This document shows, in pieces, positions 50,399 to 58,446 of a DNA stretch of 64,000 bases. Source of the DNA: Bacillota bacterium (GTDB lineage Bacteria > Bacillota > Clostridia > Lachnospirales > Lachnospiraceae); contig JAEYPP010000083.1 in assembly GCA_023410575.1 (NCBI GenBank), positions 149-64,148 of the forward strand, written 5' to 3'. The translations under genes and the position numbers were made by a program. Below the pieces are notes generated by a model. It did not search any database. It was not told the DNA's origin and saw nothing but the letters and a program-made list of their open reading frames with translations. Within the stretch, counting starts at the first letter, position 1. The number at the start of each line of letters is the position of its first letter.

Positions 50399-52552
50399 CT
50401 ATTCACCTAAAAAAACTTCTTCTTTACTCGTAATTACTGCTTCAAAAGGTTTCTTCCCCATCAGTTCACAGCTACGTGCATCTGGTTGAGATTCACCAAT
50501 GTAAATGTGATACGTACCTTTATGTAACATGAATTTACCATTTTCGTCATAAAGTCCAAATGCACGATCGGTTAATTCAATCTCTACTTCTTTTTCATCC
50601 ATCGGAGCTAAGTTGATTTTCTTAAGTCCTTTTAATTGTGCATTTGGTGTATCTACTTCATCACATTTGACGTAAACTTCAATCGTTGCTGCGCCACTTC
50701 GATTTGAAAGATTCTTTAGCTTAGTCTTGCAAATGATCGTATCTCCTTGCTTAATCTCAGATTGACTGACAGAACTTTCTTTCTGCTCAATTTCTAAATA
50801 ACCTAAGCCATATCCAAAAGGATAAAGTGCTGGCTGTTTCATATAACGATACGTTCTGTTCTTCATCGAATAATCTGTAAATTCTGGTAGTTCTTCTGAA
50901 GAAGAATAGAATGTTACTGGTAGCTTTCCTTCTGGAGAGAATTCACCAAATAATACTTCGGCAATTGCACGACCACCCTGTGCACCTGGATACCATCCTT
51001 GAACAATCGCAGGAATATGCTCATCTGCCCACTTCACAGCCAAAGCACTACCTGAAAGTAACACAAGGACAACCGGTTTACCACTTGCATAGATTTCTTT
51101 TAAGATCTCTTCTTGAATCCCAGGTAAATTCAAGTTTGGCTTGTCACCACTTGCAAACTCATTGCCCTGATCGCCTTCTTCTCCTTCCAAACCTGGATCT
51201 AAGCCCATACAAGCAACGATGATATCACTATAATCGCATACAGCACGAACTTCAGATAATCGGTCATTTTCCATACTTAAACCTTGAACTTTTGTATTAA
51301 ATAGATGACATCCTTCTGAAGTATAGACACGACAATCATCACCTACATAATCCTTAATTCCCTCTAAAACAGTGATATATTCGGAAGCGGTACCTTCATA
51401 ATTACCAACCAAAGCCTTGCGGTTATTAGCATTAGGTCCGATTACTCCAATTGACTTATACTTTGCTTTGTTTAAAGGAAGTAAATTACCTTCATTCTTT
51501 AATAAAACAATACTCTTTCGACTAGCTTTCAAATTTAATTGTTTACTCTCAGCTGTATCCACCTGATCATACGCAATGTAGGAATATGGTACTTCTTCAG
51601 GATTATCAAACAAACCTAACTTCATTCTTGTCGTAAGAACACGAACAACAGCTCGATCGAGTGTTTCTTCTTTTACTAATCCTTGCGAAACTGCATTTAA
51701 TAAATTCACATAAATATTACCACAGTTTAAGTCACAGCCTTTATTCATAGCTAGTGCAACTGATTCTACTGGTGTTTTTGTTACCATATGGAACTCATGG
51801 AAGTCTTTGATTGCCCAGCAATCGGATGTAACATGTCCACTAAATTCCCATTCTCCACGTAAAATATCGACTAATAATCTCTGGCTTCCGCAACATGGTT
51901 CTGAGTTTGTACGATTATAAGCACCCATAACTGCTTCCACATCTGCTTCTTTTACAAGCGTCTTGAATGCTGGCAGATAGGTTTCCCGCAAATCTTGTTC
52001 CGAAACTTGCGCATTAAAACTATGACGTTGATCTTCTGGCCCACTATGTACCGCAAAATGCTTCGCACATGCTGCTGCTTTGAGATATTTCTCATCTTTT
52101 CCTTGAATACCCTGAACAAATCTTGTTCCAAGTTTTCCACTTAGATATGGATCTTCGCCATAGGTTTCGTGACCACGTCCCCATCTTGGATCTCGGAATA
52201 TATTTACGTTAGGAGACCAGAACGTTAGTCCTTTATAAATATCATAGTCACCATATTTTTGCTGTGCATTAAATTTACCACGACCTTCGGTTGAGATACA
52301 GTCCGCAACTTCTTCGATTAAGTCCTCATCAAAAGTTGCTGCTAAACCTATTGCTTGTGGGAATACTGTAGCTACACCTGCTCTCGCAACTCCGTGTAAT
52401 GCTTCGTTCCAGTAATTGTACGCTTTAACGTCCAATCGATCAATCTTTGGTGCAGCATGTAAGGTTTGAAATACTTTCTCTTCTAATGTCATCTGAGCTA
52501 CTAGTTGTTCCGCTCTTTGTTCAAATTCCTTCTGATACATCTTTTTGCTCAT
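50399..52552 (-). CDS. Glycoside hydrolase family 3 (beta-glucosidase / beta-xylosidase type) with C-terminal Fn3-like domain
   Basis: 717 aa. WNEALHG, KHFAVHSGPE and GAYN. Nucleophile context GHVTSDCWA. No signal peptide. Confidence 0.9.
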   Translation of the reverse strand: MSKKMYQKEFEQRAEQLVAQMTLEEKVFQTLHAAPKIDRLDVKAYNYWNEALHGVARAGVATVFPQAIGLAATFDEDLIEEVADCISTEGRGKFNAQQKYGDYDIYKGLTFWSPNVNIFRDPRWGRGHETYGEDPYLSGKLGTRFVQGIQGKDEKYLKAAACAKHFAVHSGPEDQRHSFNAQVSEQDLRETYLPAFKTLVKEADVEAVMGAYNRTNSEPCCGSQRLLVDILRGEWEFSGHVTSDCWAIKDFHEFHMVTKTPVESVALAMNKGCDLNCGNIYVNLLNAVSQGLVKEETLDRAVVRVLTTRMKLGLFDNPEEVPYSYIAYDQVDTAESKQLNLKASRKSIVLLKNEGNLLPLNKAKYKSIGVIGPNANNRKALVGNYEGTASEYITVLEGIKDYVGDDCRVYTSEGCHLFNTKVQGLSMENDRLSEVRAVCDYSDIIVACMGLDPGLEGEEGDQGNEFASGDKPNLNLPGIQEEILKEIYASGKPVVLVLLSGSALAVKWADEHIPAIVQGWYPGAQGGRAIAEVLFGEFSPEGKLPVTFYSSSEELPEFTDYSMKNRTYRYMKQPALYPFGYGLGYLEIEQKESSVSQSEIKQGDTIICKTKLKNLSNRSGAATIEVYVKCDEVDTPNAQLKGLKKINLAPMDEKEVEIELTDRAFGLYDENGKFMLHKGTYHIYIGESQPDARSCELMGKKPFEAVITSKEEVFLGE

Positions 52553-52567
52553 TATTTCCTTCTCCTA

Positions 52568-52612
52568 CTATGTGATTGATGATAATATTATGTGATAGAT
52601 CATAATACTATG
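52568..52612. repeat. Two-and-a-bit tandem 20-bp repeats in the GH3 5' untranslated region
   Basis: ctatgtgattgatgataata / ttatgtgatagatcataata / ctatg (17/20 identity between full units), starting 16 nt upstream of the ATG. Confidence 0.6.
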
Positions 52613-52742
52613 AAGTTCAAATTATATTAGTTCAGTAGCAATCTCTATCAATTTACTATTCTTATAAATACATCCATTATTATAGCATATTTTATTATTT
52701 CCTACTATAATAAACTTTTTAACTTCTTTTCCAAACTACTTT

Positions 52743-53465
52743 TTACTCCTGTAGTGTGATAAAATCAATGAGTGGATAACCTTTTAGATGATTCTCCATA
52801 ATCATTTTATTTAAATTAATCCAACTTCGGCACCGATCAAGAATAACTGCATCACTCGTCACAACATTATCTAAGTTTTCTAAAACTGAGTCTACATTTG
52901 GAATTGTTTCCACCTGTACCTCATAATCAAATTCATCTAAAACTTCCAGAATATGTTGCTTTAATTTTCCTGAATTCGATATAGGTGAATCTAGGTAAAA
53001 TACTACTCGATTTACTTTATTTATTTTTAAAATTTCTCCAATGAGTAAAATAGCAGTTTGGGTTTTATCAATTAGCCGATACGTTCCTCGAAGCCCAGCC
53101 AAATCACGGATTGCTCCATCCATACATCTAAGTAACAATGAATTCGACAAAGCAATTTCAAGCGTAATGATAGTATTGAACCCATCGATGTTTACCGTAC
53201 TATTGATTGGAATTCTATCAATTTCTTTTTCTTTCCTTATCTCAATACAATGTTTTGAAGAAATAGCTCTATTTAAGGCTAATCTTTGTCGTTCTGATAA
53301 AAGATAATGATTACCAACAAAAACAGATGCACCTTTCATTTTATACCCCTGATTTAGTAAATAACATAAGTCTTGTCCTGCCTTATACAGCTTTTTTACT
53401 GCTTCTTCACTGAATTCTTTTACATCTGATGGCATGTTGCCACGCTTTACAATGTTAGGCGTCAT
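52743..53465 (-). CDS. DUF434-like N-terminal domain fused to a YacP/NYN-like putative nuclease domain
   Basis: The N-terminal pattern AGQDLCYLLNQGYKMKGASVFVGNHYLLSERQRLALNRA resembles DUF434. The C-terminal part has NIDGFN, YLDSPISNSG and VVTSDAVI, reminiscent of NYN/PIN-like YacP (Rae1) domains. Assignment is from memory of family motifs only. Confidence 0.45.
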   Translation of the reverse strand: MTPNIVKRGNMPSDVKEFSEEAVKKLYKAGQDLCYLLNQGYKMKGASVFVGNHYLLSERQRLALNRAISSKHCIEIRKEKEIDRIPINSTVNIDGFNTIITLEIALSNSLLLRCMDGAIRDLAGLRGTYRLIDKTQTAILLIGEILKINKVNRVVFYLDSPISNSGKLKQHILEVLDEFDYEVQVETIPNVDSVLENLDNVVTSDAVILDRCRSWINLNKMIMENHLKGYPLIDFITLQE

Positions 53466-53684
53466 TTTTCATCCAATCCTTCTATTTACGATGTTATTGA
53501 TAAGCCTTTGGTATTAGTTTTAATGAATTCATAACAAAATCCTCTTTCTAAAATTTGAGGTTTATTATGTTCATTAATATTGTTTCCATACATAAGCACC
53601 AAGCCTCTTTATTCGAAACTAATTTCTATGTATCTCTCCATAGTAGCTGAATCCTTATTATAACCTTATATTTTCGTATATAAC

Positions 53685-53730
53685 AAAGACTGAAAAGTAA
53701 ACAAAGTAATAAGTTTACTCTTCAGTCTTT
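53685..53730 (-). terminator. Hairpin terminator after hcp
   Basis: AAAGACTGAAAAGTAAAC-(10 nt)-GTTTACTCTTCAGTCTTT, 18-bp stem with one mismatch, 36 nt after the stop. The U-tract is weak. Confidence 0.5.
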
Positions 53731-53765
53731 GTGAATCAAAAAATTTTAGGAGAATTATATAAAGT

Positions 53766-55685
53766 TTATTTTAATTTACTTAAGATTTCATCTATGTCAT
53801 AACCATGAACGAAACAAGCTTCTTCTAATGTTTCTGCCTGTGAGGCTGGACATCCTAAGCAATGCATTCCCATAGCCATCAATACACTTGCATTATCTGG
53901 ATTGGATTTTAGTACATCTCCAATGACTGTTGTTCTTGTAATTGCACTGCCTTGTGTATTGTTATCCACTTCTTCATGAAAGAACATTCGCATGTCATCT
54001 TCTACTGTGGAAATTCCACCGATTCCAAAGTTATCAACTAATACTTTTGCTACGTTAGGAGAAAGAAAGGCAGGAAGAGTTGGTCCTAAGTGAATTTCTT
54101 TTACCCCTAGGTATAACAAGGATAAAAGTACGATAACTGCCTTTTGCTCATACCAAGCTATATTATAGATAATTGGCAACTCATTGATATCAGCAAGACC
54201 AAAGACTTCTTTTAATTTTAGAGCAATTAGCGCTAAAGAGTAAGAATCATTACACTGACCAGCATCTAACACTCTTGGAATTCCTCCGATATCTCCTAAA
54301 TTAAGCTTATTATATTTATATTTTGCACATCCGGCAGTTAAAATTACGGTATCCTTCGGAAGAGATTTAGCAAAATCAGTATAGTAATTACGTTTGGAAG
54401 ATCTTCCGTCACAACCAGCCATAACAATAAATTTCTTGATTGCTCCAGATTTAACAGCATCAACGACAGCATCAGCTAATGCAAAAACTTGTTCATGCGC
54501 GAATCCACCAATAATTTCACCTGTTTCAATTTCTGTTGGAGCAGCACATGTCTTTGCAAGTTCAATAATCTCGGAGAAATCTTTCTTAGAACCTGCTTCC
54601 CCTTCAATATGCTTACAGCCTGCATATCCTGCTGCACCTGTAGTAAACATTCGATCTTTATAAGATTCTTTTGGAGGTACGATACAGTTTGTTGTCATTA
54701 AGATAGGTCCGTTAAAGGATTCAAACTCTTCTTTTTGCTTCCACCATGCATTACCGTAATTACCTACTAAGTTTGGATATTTCTTTAGATTTGGGTAGTA
54801 ATGTGCTGGTAACATTTCAGAATGAGTATATACATCAACACCAGTTCCCTGAGTCTGAATTAATAGCTGTTCTATATCTGCAAGATCATGACCTGAAACT
54901 AAAATACCTGGGTTCTTTCCAACACCTATATTTACCTTAGTAATCTCTGGATTTCCATAAGTTGATGTATTTGCTGTATCAAGCAATGCCATACCAGACA
55001 CACCAAACTTACCAGTTTCTAACGTTAATGCAACTAACTCATCTACAGTTAATGAATCATCCATCAATTTCATTAATGATTCTTGCATAAATGCATCAAT
55101 TTCTTCGTTGTCATAGCCTAATGCATTGGCATGTTTAGAATATGCAGAAAGTCCTTTTAAGCCGTAAGTAATCAATTCCCTTAAGGAACGAACATCTTCA
55201 TTCTCGGTTGCTAGAACACCAACTTCCTTGGATTCTGCCTTATCTTTTAATATAGCATTAACTTGTGAATTTGAGCTATTTCCATTAACAAACGTTTTAA
55301 GTCTGTTTAACATACCTGTCTTTTTCTCTTCGTCTATATCCCATGTTGCAGCTTCTGATAAATTTGCTTTATCTGATAACTGTTCCATTAGCTCATTCTT
55401 TATTGCTAAGGTTTCTTTTACCCTTGCATAGAATACCTCGTCATCAAAGTTTGCATTTGTAATTGTTGTAAACAAGTTTAATGTTACATAGTGATTTACA
55501 TCTTTGGAAACTGTTTTACCCTCACTTCGTAATCGTGTTGTGATTTCTGACAATCCTTTTGTAGCATAGATTAATAAATCCTGCATATTTGCTAAATCCG
55601 CGCTTTTACCGCATACCCCCACTTTCGTACAACCTTTGTTCCCTGCTGTTTCCTGACATTGCATACAAAACATTTCTTTGCTCAT
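53766..55685 (-). CDS. hcp: Hybrid-cluster protein (hydroxylamine reductase) fused to a C-terminal DUF1858-type redox-disulfide domain
   Basis: N-terminal [23 protein letters not shown] cluster motif and conserved Hcp core. The last ~70 aa ([40 protein letters not shown]) match the Hcp-associated redox-disulfide domain. Start set to ATG 55685 behind GGAG. Confidence 0.9.
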   Translation of the reverse strand: MSKEMFCMQCQETAGNKGCTKVGVCGKSADLANMQDLLIYATKGLSEITTRLRSEGKTVSKDVNHYVTLNLFTTITNANFDDEVFYARVKETLAIKNELMEQLSDKANLSEAATWDIDEEKKTGMLNRLKTFVNGNSSNSQVNAILKDKAESKEVGVLATENEDVRSLRELITYGLKGLSAYSKHANALGYDNEEIDAFMQESLMKLMDDSLTVDELVALTLETGKFGVSGMALLDTANTSTYGNPEITKVNIGVGKNPGILVSGHDLADIEQLLIQTQGTGVDVYTHSEMLPAHYYPNLKKYPNLVGNYGNAWWKQKEEFESFNGPILMTTNCIVPPKESYKDRMFTTGAAGYAGCKHIEGEAGSKKDFSEIIELAKTCAAPTEIETGEIIGGFAHEQVFALADAVVDAVKSGAIKKFIVMAGCDGRSSKRNYYTDFAKSLPKDTVILTAGCAKYKYNKLNLGDIGGIPRVLDAGQCNDSYSLALIALKLKEVFGLADINELPIIYNIAWYEQKAVIVLLSLLYLGVKEIHLGPTLPAFLSPNVAKVLVDNFGIGGISTVEDDMRMFFHEEVDNNTQGSAITRTTVIGDVLKSNPDNASVLMAMGMHCLGCPASQAETLEEACFVHGYDIDEILSKLK

Positions 55686-55745
55686 ATTCCTATCTCCTCT
55701 CAATTTATTAGACATTGCTATCTATTGTTTTCTTACTGATAACTG

Positions 55746-55791
55746 GATTATAACAGGAATTGAGTAAGAGTTTTGTAGCCATAGCTACAAA
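55746..55791 (-). promoter_or_regulatory. hcp promoter: extended -10 (TGTTATAAT) plus a CRP/FNR-type palindrome TTTGTAGC-TATG-GCTACAAA centred ~-41.5
   Basis: Minus strand: the 20-nt perfect palindrome (55772-55791) has TGTAG-N6-CTACA geometry. 19 nt separate it from TATAAT (55746-55751), which is preceded by TGn. Confidence 0.45.
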
Positions 55792-55868
55792 TTGTAATAA
55801 TTTATACAATTTTTTCTTAGTTAATTTTACTTCGTTTACGATAACGAAACAGCATCAATACATTGTTT

Positions 55869-55912
55869 TACTTTTTACTTCTTACTTCTTACTTCTTACT
55901 TCTTACTTCTTA
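55869..55912. repeat. Heptanucleotide microsatellite (TACTTCT)5 plus one degenerate unit
   Basis: tactttt then tacttct x5 (55876-55910). It overlaps the last codons and stop of the Cys-rich ORF and lies ~130-175 nt upstream of the predicted hcp TSS. Confidence 0.8.
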
Positions 55913-56280
55913 ACAAAATATACTTCTACTCTATGTTTACAGGTTACACGATAAAACGTTAATACGTATCTATCTTGAAGCTCGATTACAACATGATCAT
56001 CTGTAATTCTTTCACAATCCACCATAATATCCTGAATTCGATACCCATCATCTGCTTTAATTAGTAATGAAAAATCTTTTCCCTTTGTGACTTTTATATA
56101 ACCACATGGACAAATTGTTCCACAGCCATAAGCCCAAGCATCTATCGTGATTCTCTCACTCTTCTTATTCTCACAACAATTTTGATTGCAACAGTAGCTA
56201 TAACCACTATCTCTTTGCATTATATTTGATTGATTGCAGTAATTCATCTTTTTTCTAGCACAGCACTTACCTTTTCCCAC
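55903..56280 (-). CDS. Small Cys-rich protein with a C-terminal Ig-like (InlB-B-repeat-like) beta domain
   Basis: ~125 aa if the GTG at 56280 is used (AAGGGG SD, 6-nt spacing). 9 Cys in the first ~45 aa (CC..C..CC..CC) plus CGTICPC. The C-terminal pattern G.I.V..G.D....I.ADDGYRI.DI.VD..........Y.L.F..V...H.V.V.F is typical of that repeat fold. Confidence 0.4.
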   Translation of the reverse strand: MGKGKCCARKKMNYCNQSNIMQRDSGYSYCCNQNCCENKKSERITIDAWAYGCGTICPCGYIKVTKGKDFSLLIKADDGYRIQDIMVDCERITDDHVVIELQDRYVLTFYRVTCKHRVEVYFVKK

Positions 56281-56404
56281 TGTTCGCCCCTTAGTAAACA
56301 CGTTAATATATGATATTCTATCTAATAAAATTTGTCACTCTTGACTACCCTACAATTTGTCTTACCGTTCTACTAACTGTTGCATCTTGCGGAGCCTTTT
56401 TATA

Positions 56405-56572
56405 GGGTTGTTGCACTAGCTGAATATTGTATTGAAGGGTGATGGTATTTTTCGGAGAGCCTTACAAGTCCCCACACGCACTTTGTGGTGCTTGTGAGAG
56501 TAGTGCTACAGCGAAAATATACATCACTCTTCATTCTTTATTCATACTGCTCTTACTTAGTGCGACAGCCCC
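56405..56572. repeat. ~168-nt palindromic element, copy B (inverted relative to copy A)
   Basis: The reverse complement of 7710-7882 aligns along the whole length (GGGTTGTTGCACTAGC...CCTTACAAGTCCCCACACGCACTTTGTGG...CTTAGTGCGACAGCCCC), with scattered substitutions and small indels. Confidence 0.75.
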
Positions 56573-56641
56573 ATAAAAAAAGCTCCTTACTTAGGTATAT
56601 ATAACCTAAAAAGGAGTTTTTTCATTAATTGCTATAAAACA

Positions 56642-58144
56642 TTAACCTATCTTCCTAATCTTTAAATTATCCACATAAAGATCCGATTTTCCATCCGTTT
56701 CAACATATACTTTTAATTTTTGTAGGTCAGATGGAAGTTTAATGACTGCCTTAATTGTTTTATACTGACCAGGAGCAGAGGTTGTAGTGATATAGTTTGG
56801 CCATTGATTTGCAATGTCACCTGATATCTTAATCTGAGAATCATACGTCTTAACATCCACAGAGATTTCTATCTCCTTTCCGAGATAAGAAGAGACATCA
56901 AATGCAATTCCCATATAGTTTTCGGTACGATTTTTTAAAACGACTGCATGATTACCGATAGCACCATCTGAAACTACACTTAGTGTACCAGCGCCCTCCC
57001 ATCTAGGAGCAAACACATTCGATACCGTTGCAGTTTCACAATTCTCAATAAAGTCTTCTACTTTTATTTTTACATTAACATTATCAATGTAGATATCATC
57101 TGTCTTTGAAGAGGTTTCAAAATATAGATTGATAACCTTTTGATCTGTCGGAACTTTATAAGTAGCCTTAATTTGCTTCCAATTACCATCGGATGTATTT
57201 ACTACCGCTAGATTTGGCCATACTTTATCAATATCTGCAGATAGCCTAGCTTCTGGTGCTGTAGTCTTAATCCAAGCACTAATATCAATTGTTTGACCAG
57301 CAAATCTTGTTACATCAAAACTTATACCATTATAAGCAGCAGTTCTTCCTGTAATACGTAATGCATATTTTCCTTCAAAAACAACTGAATTCTGGATTGA
57401 TAATGAACCATCAATACGCTTAAAAAATCCTTCCGACTCTGGTGTCGCCCCAATTTGTTCAAAGGTAGCATTGATAGGATTTAGATTTGTTTTCGGCGGT
57501 GTTGGTAATTTTGCTCCTACAACTTCAATTTCTATATCATCAATGATATAAGGTACTCCTTTTGGTCCTTCAAAATAAATGGTATATTTGTTCTTTCCTG
57601 TTGGCACATCGAACTTCATACATTTTAGAGAAGCAGCCTTCTTCCCTTTTGTAGTTACTTTAGCTACTTGTTTATATTCATTATCACCCATCTTTAAGGT
57701 AGCAGCAAATGTAACCTTATCATTTTTCTTACCATTCTTTAGCCATTGACCTGCTATTCCATTCTGTTTTTTACCTAATTTCTTCTCATCAACAATCGAA
57801 ATTTTTGCTTTTACAGAAATCGTACAACCTGCAAATGCATCTAGATTATATGAATAACCATAATAATTTTCTTTACGGTTACTAACCATAAGCGCCTTAT
57901 TATTTTTTCCATTTTCTACAATCGTAAGAGTGGGATTTCCAAATACACTACCCTTTAAAGAACCTGTATCTTTCGAATCATTAAAATTCTCTTTCACATT
58001 AGTAATCGTAGTAGCAGCTTTTGCAACCGTTGGCTTTAATGACTGTATTCCAAAACAGCCTCCAAGCACTGCAATACTCAAAGATACAGCGATCAAACAT
58101 TTCATGTACTTTTGTATTACTGTCTTCTTTCTTTCTAATCCCAT
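56642..58144 (-). CDS. Secreted protein made only of three CBM_4_9/CBM22-like modules (paralogue of the neighbouring xylanase without a catalytic domain)
   Basis: Signal peptide. Three ~140-aa modules, each clearly alignable by eye to modules 2, 3 and 5 of the 58447..61929 protein. Confidence 0.75.
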   Translation of the reverse strand: MGLERKKTVIQKYMKCLIAVSLSIAVLGGCFGIQSLKPTVAKAATTITNVKENFNDSKDTGSLKGSVFGNPTLTIVENGKNNKALMVSNRKENYYGYSYNLDAFAGCTISVKAKISIVDEKKLGKKQNGIAGQWLKNGKKNDKVTFAATLKMGDNEYKQVAKVTTKGKKAASLKCMKFDVPTGKNKYTIYFEGPKGVPYIIDDIEIEVVGAKLPTPPKTNLNPINATFEQIGATPESEGFFKRIDGSLSIQNSVVFEGKYALRITGRTAAYNGISFDVTRFAGQTIDISAWIKTTAPEARLSADIDKVWPNLAVVNTSDGNWKQIKATYKVPTDQKVINLYFETSSKTDDIYIDNVNVKIKVEDFIENCETATVSNVFAPRWEGAGTLSVVSDGAIGNHAVVLKNRTENYMGIAFDVSSYLGKEIEISVDVKTYDSQIKISGDIANQWPNYITTTSAPGQYKTIKAVIKLPSDLQKLKVYVETDGKSDLYVDNLKIRKIG

Positions 58145-58374
58145 CTTTCTTCTCCTTTAAAATTACTACGCTTAGATTTGCTATCAATGCGAATCTTTAC
58201 GTTGCGTAATTTACTATAAATATATGTTACTTATAGTAAAACATAAGTATGTCAATACGATGTCAAATAATACATTTATTTCCATATTATTATTTATAAG
58301 GAGCTGTTAAATTAAGGATAATAAATACAAGAAAAAAATTGTTATTACAACAACTTAAAGATCAAAAGTATGTT

Positions 58375-58413
58375 CAAAAAGGTGCTATCGCTTTACGATT
58401 GTGCGACAGCACC
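58375..58413 (-). terminator. Rho-independent terminator after the xylanase gene
   Basis: Minus strand AGGTGCTGTCGC-ACAATCGTAAA-GCGATAGCACCT followed by TTTTTG. Confidence 0.6.
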
Positions 58414-58446
58414 TCTCTTTTGATTTCAATTATTTTTACAAGAATT

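Noticed and set aside
58381-58412. 10-nt identity (GTGCGACAGC) between the xylanase terminator and the terminus of the palindromic element.
   Set aside because: It may be a relic solo end, but a 10-nt match inside a GC-rich terminator stem is too short to call. It is mentioned only within the copy B finding.
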